Below are positions 24,068 to 33,141 of a stretch of 64,000 bases of DNA, piece by piece. This DNA comes from Plasmodiophora brassicae (Eukaryota). The translations under genes and the position numbers were made by a program. The stretch spans positions 248,001 to 312,000 of the forward strand of contig CP145410.1 in assembly GCA_036867785.1 (NCBI GenBank). The letters are read 5' to 3'. A model generated the notes under the pieces. It did not search any database. It was not told where the DNA came from and saw only the letters and a program-made list of their open reading frames with translations. Position 1 is the first letter of the stretch. Every line of letters starts with the position of its first letter.

Positions 24068-27000
24068 ATGGACGACGACGACGCCGATGATCGCGAGGTC
24101 GTCTCCATGTCCGTGCAGGGCCTCGTCGAGACGGTCGGCCTGCTGCATGAGCGTGCCGAACTGCTCGATGCAGCCGTCCACGAGCTCGCGCGAAACACGG
24201 TGTCTGCCTATGTTCGCAAACGCCATCGTGCGTCGCACCTGAAGCAAATCCATTCGTCGACCGTTATCAAACCGCTTGCCGTTCGGGTTGACAATGGATT
24301 CGATCATGTCGAGGCGCGCCCGAAGACGGGATATCGGCGGCGGGGATGTTTCCCCCGTTTACTCCGCGTTATCGACCGAGCCGCTGCCGCGCAGGTCGGC
24401 GAATCTAAAGAGCAGGTCGATGGATCTGTCTGCGCTGTCTGCGGCGCCTCCCTTGAATCTGCGTCTTCCAAACTGTGCCTGGGGGAATGTGGTGCTGCTT
24501 CTCACCGCTCCTGTGTCTCCGTCTCCGACTGGTACTGTTCGCGCTGGCGGTGTCAGCTTCGTCATCGTGTCGATTCGACGACTGCGAAACCGAAACCTGC
24601 ACCTGCTCCCAAGCCGGCTTCGTCTGCACCTAGAAAGCCATCCATCTCAGCTGCTTCGTCTGCAGCACCAGCACCTGCTGCCGCTCCCGAGCCGGTGGAG
24701 TGGCCTGGCACGAAGGCGTGGCGGGTTATCGACACCTGGTTTGATCCGCAGAAGGGCCTGGAGCGGTTGTTGGAGGACTCTCCGATGCCGAACTCCAATG
24801 TATATTCTGTTCCCGCACCCGAGTACCACTACCGAGAGGTGTGGGACCAAGAAGACAGGGCTGTCGAACCGGTGACCACGGAGGTGACACCTCGGGCGAT
24901 GAGGTACAAACAGCGAGCCGATTCGGGTGTCGACGGCAGGTCTCCTTCGAAGGGCTCTTCTGGGGCGACGGCTGGACCCGTATGTCGTGCTGCCTTTTTC
25001 GTTCGCCTACAAGCCCCTGATGCCATGGACGTTGATGACGCTGCGACCGCCCCGGAATCGTCATTTCGTCATTGGGGGTTTCGGTCGCTTGAGTTGCACT
25101 ACGCTGTCGAAGCATCGCTTGTTCAGGCGGAGGAATTGCCGTCTTCATCTTCACGCGCGCTCTCGTCGTATTATTTCCCGCCCCCTTTATACGAGCCGAT
25201 CTCGGCCCGTTTCTATCTGAGTGGCGCTCCCTCTCCGCTTGACCGGCCAATTGAAACGGACGCACGATGTCGTCGAGCGGATTCTGCTGTCGCAGAGATT
25301 GTCAAATGTGCTGACGACGCCGACGACCGTGTTGATGCTCTGTGTCCTGGTGAGGATGACGACGAGTTATGCTGTGAACTGTGGGTCCTCAGACGGCACC
25401 TGGAGGCTCAAATTCGTGAGAACAACGATGAGAAGTCCCGTTTGCGGCGTCTCGTTGTTGCTGACTACGAAGGCAACATGGTTGCGCGCGAACAAGAAGA
25501 GGAGTTGAGGAAGCACGTCATTAATCGCTACGTCAGAAGATATCCTGTTGGACAGGTTCCACCCACTCCCGAAGAACCTGCTGCTGCAACACCTGGCGAG
25601 CCGTCTCCTTCCCCTACACCAGCGCCGGATGCCGGTCCCGAAATTGTCGTCACCATGGAAGATGTCAAGATGGCGGAGGCGACGAAATCATTGGTCGAGT
25701 CCGGGGACGATGAAACCAAGCCGTGTCCGGTCCCGGAACAGGGCCCTTCTTCGGCGACAATCTCTGCCAGTGACGATGGCAAGCTGACGCGACACTCCGA
25801 AGTCAGGTCCACCACCGTCACCATGGCTGACATGTGCCGCTTGATGGCCGAACGGCATGTCCTCATGTCTCGGCCGCCGACGCTTGCTACCATTGTCGAC
25901 TTCATCACCACCGACCTCATCCTGGAGGACCAGATCATGGCGACGAACGCCGCGCTGCAACACATTCAGAACTATCATCATCAGCGGCAGACCCAGCACC
26001 ACAACCGGCTCTCCCCGCACACCGATCTCATTGCTGTCCAGGACGTCGTCCGAAAGCTAGTCGACACCGTTGACCGGGAGCGGCGTCTAGAAATCCATCA
26101 AGATCGCCTCGACTCGTGGCGTGAAGCAACGATGGGGATGCTTGCCAGGGCACCGTTCCAGAAAAGTCAGTCGGACAGCGCTCAGAAGGAGCCTGAAGGT
26201 GAATCGCGACCTGCTCCCTCGACGCGAATCTCCAGATCACAGTCCGCAGCGGCGACCGTGTCGAATGGAGTGCCTCCGTCGTCCTCGATGCTGCTGAACG
26301 AGAACATCCAGTTCTGTGTCTGCGACCGTCCTGGCGACATGACCCGATGGTACATCTCCTGCGACATCTGCGAGAATTGGTTCCATGGCTCGTGCGTCCA
26401 GTTCACCGATGACGAATCCGACCTGGTGGAGCAGTTCGTGTGCCCTTCGTGCAGGAGAAAGTCGCGACGCAAGACGGTCATGCGTCAAGCGTATCTCGCG
26501 CACCTGTATGCCTTGTCTGAGCGGCTCGTTAACGCCAGGTCCGTTCGGGCACACGCTCGCATGCATCAGGAGCGCAAGGCACTCGGCCTGCTTCAGTCGC
26601 TGCGAATTCGCCTTCGCAACATCGGCGGCGGTCGCCGTGAAGTCGAAGGTGTCTACATCCTCGATGAACAAGGTCTGGTCCAGATCGACGTCGAGCACCC
26701 GCTCGAACTTCCTGACGGGATTCCGCTTCACGAACCCGAACGCGCTCCTGTGTCTGCTCCCGACGTTCCTGCCCCTGCTGCCGATGCAGATCATCAAAGC
26801 ACGCCGGCGCACTCGACGCCTGTTGCCACAACTCCAGTATCGACGCCGTTACTTTCGCCGAGAAGCGTTGGCACGCCGACTCGTTCCCCGCGAGGAAAGT
26901 CCAACGGGTCGTCACCGCACGCTGGATCGTCGGCAACGGCATCGATCAACGGGGAACCGGACGGCACGCCACCACCGCGGTCGTCAGGGTCGTCTACCCC

Positions 27001-27271
27001 ATTGCGAAGAAGTCAGCGTGAAGCAGCACAGTGGGCTAACGCGCTGAACGCCTGCGCGGATGGTGATCGAACCACCCAGCTGTTGTCGGCGGCGTTCACG
27101 CCTGGCAAGAAACGCCACAAGGTGCAGAACGGGGCGGCGAATGGGAATTCTGAAGCGACGCCGACGGCCACGAACATACCGCCGAGGAAGAGAGGTCGGC
27201 CACGGAAGAGGCCACTAACGCCTCCGCCGCCGGGTGTTGACAAGCGGGCGCGTGTGGACTCGCTGTGCTAG
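24068..27271 (+). CDS. Chromatin protein with two PHD-type fingers, an Ada3-like helical segment and a C-terminal AT-hook
   Basis: 1067-aa ORF. CAVC…CLGEC…HRSC…WYC (about 24431-24553), FCVC…YISCDICENWFHGSCV…FVCPSC (about 26311-26451), and PRKRGRPRKR (about 27181-27210). Confidence 0.8.
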   Translation: MDDDDADDREVVSMSVQGLVETVGLLHERAELLDAAVHELARNTVSAYVRKRHRASHLKQIHSSTVIKPLAVRVDNGFDHVEARPKTGYRRRGCFPRLLRVIDRAAAAQVGESKEQVDGSVCAVCGASLESASSKLCLGECGAASHRSCVSVSDWYCSRWRCQLRHRVDSTTAKPKPAPAPKPASSAPRKPSISAASSAAPAPAAAPEPVEWPGTKAWRVIDTWFDPQKGLERLLEDSPMPNSNVYSVPAPEYHYREVWDQEDRAVEPVTTEVTPRAMRYKQRADSGVDGRSPSKGSSGATAGPVCRAAFFVRLQAPDAMDVDDAATAPESSFRHWGFRSLELHYAVEASLVQAEELPSSSSRALSSYYFPPPLYEPISARFYLSGAPSPLDRPIETDARCRRADSAVAEIVKCADDADDRVDALCPGEDDDELCCELWVLRRHLEAQIRENNDEKSRLRRLVVADYEGNMVAREQEEELRKHVINRYVRRYPVGQVPPTPEEPAAATPGEPSPSPTPAPDAGPEIVVTMEDVKMAEATKSLVESGDDETKPCPVPEQGPSSATISASDDGKLTRHSEVRSTTVTMADMCRLMAERHVLMSRPPTLATIVDFITTDLILEDQIMATNAALQHIQNYHHQRQTQHHNRLSPHTDLIAVQDVVRKLVDTVDRERRLEIHQDRLDSWREATMGMLARAPFQKSQSDSAQKEPEGESRPAPSTRISRSQSAAATVSNGVPPSSSMLLNENIQFCVCDRPGDMTRWYISCDICENWFHGSCVQFTDDESDLVEQFVCPSCRRKSRRKTVMRQAYLAHLYALSERLVNARSVRAHARMHQERKALGLLQSLRIRLRNIGGGRREVEGVYILDEQGLVQIDVEHPLELPDGIPLHEPERAPVSAPDVPAPAADADHQSTPAHSTPVATTPVSTPLLSPRSVGTPTRSPRGKSNGSSPHAGSSATASINGEPDGTPPPRSSGSSTPLRRSQREAAQWANALNACADGDRTTQLLSAAFTPGKKRHKVQNGAANGNSEATPTATNIPPRKRGRPRKRPLTPPPPGVDKRARVDSLC

Positions 27272-27768
27272 GTGCTGTCCCGCTATTGCTGAGTCAGATC
27301 CTGATAAGCGAAGGAGTCGCGCCGCTATATCTATTCGGAGACCCTAAAATACATTTTTATATTCCTATTCGGCTTGTCTGGCAGCGGAGCGTAATCGTGA
27401 AGCAGCGATGGGTAGAAATTCTCATTGTATATTCGTGAAAAATGAACAGGTGGGGCGTTCGTAGGTACGAATCGAGTTTGCTCGTATACCGTTGTGAGTG
27501 CAACTGAATCCTGGCGCACCAAAGTCACCAATTAGCCCCAGCTTAATGTTACGAGATTAGCGATGTCCGCCACAGCCGTCAGGCAGCACGTGGTGTGAGG
27601 AATGGCCGAATGGGCCACTTTGTCGATACGAATGCCACGGAGTCCGTGACGGAGTCCGAGCGCTCCGGTATTGCCGCTATGGTGACGAAGCCAGCAAACA
27701 AAGCGGGAGCGACGTCTAAGACGTCTTCATCAGCTGAGCTACTGACCTGCACAAGACGGAATGGCGTC

Positions 27769-28947
27769 ATGCGATTTCGAGGTGCACAATCTTTCCCGAC
27801 CCGGGTCGTGCTAGCAACGTTAAGCTCGACGCCTATCGTTATTGACGACATCCGCGCCTTGGACGAGAAACCGGGAATTTCAGGTACGCCGGTGCACTAT
27901 GACGTTCTTGGCATCCCTTGAACCCCATCTGAACAGAACCGGAGGAGTCTTTGCTGCGTTTGCTTGAAAAAGTAACCAACGGTTCGCGAGTCGAAATCGG
28001 AATGACTGGCACGCAAGTTCGCTATCGACCAGGCTTCATCGTCGGTGGCGCTGACATCGAGCATGATTGCCATCCGGGGCGTGCCATTGGGTACTACCTC
28101 GAGGCTCTGCTGGCCATTGCGCCGTTCGCCAAATTCCCGATCAGCATCACGTTGCGAGGCGTCTGTAACGAGGACTTGGACCGGTCGGTGGACCTGATTC
28201 GAACCGTAACGCTACCGCTGCTTCGTCAGTTCGGCATTGAGGACGGCATCGAGCTGAAGATTAAGCAGCGAGGCGCCGCTCCGCTCGGCGGCGGGGAAGT
28301 CTACTTCCGATGCAGCAACGTCCATCAGCTGAAAGCGGTTGACCTAACTGATGCTGGTAAGGTCAAGCGCATTCGCGGGATCGCCTACACGACGCGCGTG
28401 TCACCCACGCTGGCGAACCGTGTCGTGGATTCCGCTCGTGGCATGCTGAACAACTTCATTCCGGACGTCTGGATCTACACGGACCACTACAAAGGCAAAG
28501 AGGCCGGCCTGTCGCCAGGGTTCGCTCTATCGCTGATCGCAGAAAGCACAACCGGGTGCCTCCTGGCCGCCGAGCGTAACGGCAGCCGGGAAATGCCACC
28601 CGAGTCACTCGGCGATACCGTTGCCAAACGGCTCCTGTCAGAGATCGCGAGTGGCGCTTGCGTTGACACCCATGACCAGCCCCTTGTTCTGCTGTACATG
28701 ACTCTATGCCCCGATGACGTCTCCCGAGTGCGGTTCGGGAAGCTGACGCGTCCTGCGTAAGGCGCCCGCCCGTCCACTGGCAAGCATCCCCTCACGTGTG
28801 TCTCTGTTCAGGGTCCAATACCTCAGGCACCTTCGCGACTTCTTCGGCGTCGTGTTCCGGTTCCGGCCTGATCCCAACAGCGCAACCGTCGTTGCGTCGT
28901 GTCGCGGCGTCGCCTACAGGAACATCGCCAGAAGGGCGCTTGCCTAG
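27769..28947 (+). CDS. RCL1: RNA 3'-terminal phosphate cyclase-like protein (40S biogenesis), 3 exons
   Basis: RVVLATLSSTPIVIDDIR…LLRLLEKVTNGS…EHDC…AIGYYLE…GAAPLGGGEV…KVKRIRGIAYTTRVSP…SPGFALSLIAESTTG…RFGKLT…YLRHLRDFFGVVF. Introns at 27884-27936 and about 28757-28811. Confidence 0.95.
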
Positions 28948-29101
28948 TACAACAACCGCCCCAGTTGGTTCCTTAACATTAGCGTCGTCGCTCACTGGGA
29001 CGCAGCTACTCGTGGATCGTTTGCTCGTTATAGAGTGCCGCCCTAATGCCGACGTAGGTCGCGATCGCATGGTACCCCCATTTTACGGGTGGGCCCGCCT
29101 T

Positions 29102-30850
29102 ATGATACAGGACGCCGACATGAAGGGTTGTGAGCCAGTAGGTGTGGACGCGGGCGCTGGTACCGAGCGCCCGTCGCCGGGCGCACAGCAGGGGGAGTCG
29201 ATCTGGGCGTGGGGCAGCCCGCTGACCGTCATGTGCGCCTCGACCTTGCTGACAATCCTGACCTGTGTGGCGAGCTCCCTGGCGCTGCACGTGGCGACGC
29301 GTATGGTCATGCCCGGCATCTGGGTCTACAACCTGTTCCACACGCTCTTCAGCGCGTTCGGCAGCCTGCTCAGCCTGCTGACCTACCACGTCCTCTGCAT
29401 CGTGGAGAACTCGGTTCTCGCCCGCCGCATCGACAGGCAACGCGACCCGAACGCCCCGGGGGCGACCCTGTCCACGATTTCGGCTCGAACGCAGGGCCGC
29501 CTGACCGGGTACTCGTTGGCGAAGTCGGGGTTGCAGGCCACCGTCATCTTCGTGATCCTTTCGATCTGGGTCGTGGCCGTCAAGATCGAATGGAGCCCGA
29601 TCAACGAGTCGCTGGGGCAGCGCCAGTGCATACCGATCCAGTACGTCAACGGGTCGTACACGCCTCGCGACCAGGTCGGGACATCGATCGCGGGCGGGAC
29701 GACGTTCGCCGAGGTCTACATGTACGGGTTGCCGTTGGCCGATGGCGTCCTGGGAGCGCTGTCCTCGTGGCCGCTTGACGACCCGCTCCAGGAATTCGCC
29801 GTTCGATCCGTCGGGCCCACGTATGCAATCAAGTCGACGTGCGGTTCGCCCGTCGAGATCGCATCGTCCAACGCGACGCGCACGTGGCGCGATACCACGA
29901 CGACCCTATCGGCCACGTTGACGCAGATGAGCACGGGCCGGCAGATGTGGACGATCACGACACAGTACCCGCCGGGGGCCACGTTCGGGTTCACCGGCCC
30001 TGTTCAGCAGGTCTGCCGCGTGACGATCGTGTTCGGGTCGGGGACAGCGTCCATAACGTACTCGGCGGACGAATGGCGCATGGTGACCGGCGGGCAGGTC
30101 ACGACGGTCCAGATCGGGCGCACGGTGCTTCAACAGGGGTCCACATCGACGATCACGTTCGACAACGTCGTCAACGGCGACTCCATGGCCAACGGGGACC
30201 AGTATGCACTGCTGCCGGTGTGGAGCATGCAGGCCATTAACAGGACGATGAACGGGCAGTACACGCCATCGCAAGGCGCCCTGTTCTGCAACCTGATGCA
30301 ATGGTCGACGTTGCCGGACGGGCTCTACCACGTCGACCTGAATTACCGGGGCGTGGCCGCCGCCGTCGCCGCCACGATCCAGTACGTCGCCATGCAGTAC
30401 GACGGGTCGGCCGCGGGCACCTGCGAGTACTTTGGCGAGATCGGCGGCGGCACCATGGTCATCGACCCAGAGTTCCAGGTCATCTTCTACGTTGCCACCG
30501 CCACTTGCGGCCTCGTCGCCGTTGTCCGATTCCTGACCTGGCTGATCCCGTTCAGTCGAGGCGAGTTCTCGTCGAGGATCCTGAAGTCGTTGCGATACCC
30601 GGTGCTGTTCGCCCACGACATGCGAGCCGTCGTGACCGAGTTCAAGCAGAGGACCACTGTGGACAATGACGCTCATTTCAAGGATTGGTGCGACCATGAG
30701 GTCGTGGCGTTTGGCGCGATCGCCAGCGCCGGCGGCATCGGGTACAGTTGCATTCGAACGCGTTCCAAGTCGCGTTGGCGACAGAAAGTCTCCACCATGC
30801 TGCCTGGGAGGGGCAGCGATACCGTCGGCCAGGTCACCATCCGGCAATGA
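29102..30850 (+). CDS. Orphan multi-pass membrane protein, tandem copy 1 (3 N-terminal TM helices, large Cys-containing loop, C-terminal TM helix), intronless
   Basis: Long ORF with hydrophobic segments PLTVMCASTLLTILTCVASSLAL, IWVYNLFHTLFSAFGSLLSLL, ATVIFVILSIWVVAV and FQVIFYVATATCGLVAVVRFLTWLI. Colinear with copy 2. The start was chosen by alignment to copy 2; the ORF's upstream extension overlaps RCL1. Confidence 0.85.
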   Translation: MIQDADMKGCEPVGVDAGAGTERPSPGAQQGESIWAWGSPLTVMCASTLLTILTCVASSLALHVATRMVMPGIWVYNLFHTLFSAFGSLLSLLTYHVLCIVENSVLARRIDRQRDPNAPGATLSTISARTQGRLTGYSLAKSGLQATVIFVILSIWVVAVKIEWSPINESLGQRQCIPIQYVNGSYTPRDQVGTSIAGGTTFAEVYMYGLPLADGVLGALSSWPLDDPLQEFAVRSVGPTYAIKSTCGSPVEIASSNATRTWRDTTTTLSATLTQMSTGRQMWTITTQYPPGATFGFTGPVQQVCRVTIVFGSGTASITYSADEWRMVTGGQVTTVQIGRTVLQQGSTSTITFDNVVNGDSMANGDQYALLPVWSMQAINRTMNGQYTPSQGALFCNLMQWSTLPDGLYHVDLNYRGVAAAVAATIQYVAMQYDGSAAGTCEYFGEIGGGTMVIDPEFQVIFYVATATCGLVAVVRFLTWLIPFSRGEFSSRILKSLRYPVLFAHDMRAVVTEFKQRTTVDNDAHFKDWCDHEVVAFGAIASAGGIGYSCIRTRSKSRWRQKVSTMLPGRGSDTVGQVTIRQ

Positions 30851-31182
30851 AACGAATGAACGAGCCTCGATAATGTCCTACATGTTCCATGGTGTTTAGA
30901 CTAATGAAGACAGCGACGCGCATTCGTTGGCCGGTGACGACAAGAGGACAGACGGACAGCTGGCGTTGACAGCGGGTCTCATTCAAGTCATCCTGAGATC
31001 CTAGGAAGGCGTTCGGGCGGGCCCAGTTGCTTCGGACCCGCGTCGTAAATCGCATTGGCGGCAGAGCGGTCCAACGGTACAAACGGGAACTGCCTTGGGC
31101 AATAAGGGCGCGGCCCTGATCACATAGTACTCTCATGCTAAGGCCATGGACATGTTATGACCGTGCTATTATAGCCCATACC

Positions 31183-32934
31183 ATGAATAATAACGCGAAC
31201 ATGTGTGCCGATGGGCTAGCAGCTGTTGACGCAGGCACCAATCCCAGCACCGGGTACACAGGTCCCAAGCCCCACACGGTGTCGAAGTGGTCGCTAACAA
31301 ACCCACTGACCGTCATGGTCGCCGGCACCTCGTTAACCGTCCTGACGTGCGTGACGAGTTCCTTGGCACTACACGTGGCAACGCGCACGACCATGCCGGG
31401 AATCTGGGTCTACAACCTGTTCCACACGCTCTTCAGCGAATTCGGCACCCTGCTCAGCCTGCTGACCTATCGTGTACTCGGCGTCGTCGAGGACTCAATC
31501 CTTGCCCGTCGCCTGGATATGAAGCGCGATCCGAATGCCCCAGGAGCGACACTGTCCACTATTTCTGCTCGAACGAAGGGCCGCCTGACCCGGTTTTCGC
31601 TTGCCAGGTCGACGTCGCAGGCCACGGTGATCTTCGTGATCCTTTCAATCTGGGTCGTGGCCATCGAGATTGAATGGACCCCGACCAGCGAGTCGCTCGG
31701 GCAGCGCAGTTGCATCCCCATCCGATACGTGAACGGGTCGTACACACAGCGGGACCATATTGAAGCAACCGTTGGTGGTGGAACGACATTTGCCGAGATC
31801 TACATGTACGGGTTGCCGCTGGTCGATGGCGTTGTTGGGTCACTCGCCGCATGGCCACTTGCAGACCCGCTGGGCGAATCCGTGGTGCGCTCCGCTGGGC
31901 CCTCCTATGCAATCAAGTCGACATGCGGTTCGCCGGTCGAGATACCATCAGTGGCGCAGGGTGAGGTCACGACGAACCTGTCGGCGACGTTACTGCAGAT
32001 GGACTACAATGTGCAGAGATGGGCGATCACGACTCGTTTCCCGCCGGGATCCACTAAGGGTTTCGAAGGAGCTGTGCAGCAGTCTTGCACCGTGACGATC
32101 GTGTTTGGGTCGGGAGACACATCTGTCAAGTACTCAGTGGACGAGTGGCGCATGGTGACAGGCGGACAGGTCACCTCTGTGCAAATCGGGAACGTGATGC
32201 TAGTGCAGGGGTCTACATCCACCATCACATTCGACAGCGTTATCGCGGATGATTCCATGGCGAACGGTGAGCGGTACGAAGTGCTGCCGATATGGAGCAA
32301 GCTGGCCATCGACAACACCATGAACGGGCAATATTCCCCATCTCAAGGGGCCCTCTTCTCCAACATCATGCAATGGTCAACATTGCCGGATGGGTTCTAC
32401 CATGTCGACCTGAATTACCGGGGTGTCGCCGCTGCTGTGGCTGCTACGATCCAGTACGTCGCCATGCAATATGACGGATCAGCATCGGGGACCTGCGAAT
32501 ACTTTGGCGAGATGGGCGGCGGCATCATGGTCGTTGCCCCACAGTTCAAGATCCTCTTCTATGTTGCGACGGGCGTATGTGCCATCGTGGCTACGTTCAG
32601 ATTCCTGACATGGTTCATTCCATTCTATCGAGGCGAGTACTCGTCGAGAATTATGAAATCCTTGCAGTATCCGGTGCTGTTCGCCCACGACATGCGATCC
32701 GTGGTGACCGAGTTCAAGCAGAGGACCTCCGTGGACAATGACGCTCATTTCAAGGAATGGTGCGACCATGAGGTCGTGGCGTTTGGCGCGATCGCTGACG
32801 AAAGTGGCACCGGGTACCGCTGCATACGGACGCGTCGTCAATCGCGTTGGCGACAGAAGGTCTCTGCCATACTCGCTGGAAGACGTGTCTCGCATAATGA
32901 CCATGCTAGCAATGTGGCGGCTGTGCAACTATGA
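31183..32934 (+). CDS. Orphan multi-pass membrane protein, tandem copy 2, intronless
   Basis: Same architecture as copy 1, with long identical peptide runs (MPGIWVYNLFHTLFS; YHVDLNYRGVAAAVAATIQYVAMQYDGS; YPVLFAHDMR). Confidence 0.85.
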   Translation: MNNNANMCADGLAAVDAGTNPSTGYTGPKPHTVSKWSLTNPLTVMVAGTSLTVLTCVTSSLALHVATRTTMPGIWVYNLFHTLFSEFGTLLSLLTYRVLGVVEDSILARRLDMKRDPNAPGATLSTISARTKGRLTRFSLARSTSQATVIFVILSIWVVAIEIEWTPTSESLGQRSCIPIRYVNGSYTQRDHIEATVGGGTTFAEIYMYGLPLVDGVVGSLAAWPLADPLGESVVRSAGPSYAIKSTCGSPVEIPSVAQGEVTTNLSATLLQMDYNVQRWAITTRFPPGSTKGFEGAVQQSCTVTIVFGSGDTSVKYSVDEWRMVTGGQVTSVQIGNVMLVQGSTSTITFDSVIADDSMANGERYEVLPIWSKLAIDNTMNGQYSPSQGALFSNIMQWSTLPDGFYHVDLNYRGVAAAVAATIQYVAMQYDGSASGTCEYFGEMGGGIMVVAPQFKILFYVATGVCAIVATFRFLTWFIPFYRGEYSSRIMKSLQYPVLFAHDMRSVVTEFKQRTSVDNDAHFKEWCDHEVVAFGAIADESGTGYRCIRTRRQSRWRQKVSAILAGRRVSHNDHASNVAAVQL

Positions 32935-33141
32935 CAATGAAAATGGCGACCGTCCTTATGGCCTTATCAGATATAAGAGATGGTGCGAAACGAATTCAGA
33001 GCGGCGAGGCTGAGGGCCATGGAAGGCAGTCTAAACCACCAAGTGAGAAACATAGCGGTTGTGGCCCGGAGACAGTCGGCGGTAGGAACGTTGCCGGTCC
33101 AAAGGCTTCCGATCCGGATGCCGGCTCCGGTCATTCCGAAG

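Noticed and set aside
27341..27348. ccctaaaa telomere-like unit upstream of RCL1
   Set aside because: A single 8-mer is expected by chance; there is no array.
27331..27531. 66-aa minus-strand ORF in the AT-richer gap
   Set aside because: Non-ATG start, no recognisable motif, and no linkable upstream exon.
28796..29101. N-terminal extension of the 684-aa ORF overlapping the last RCL1 exon
   Set aside because: It has no counterpart in the paralog and is best explained as an open frame across the RCL1 3' exon and spacer.
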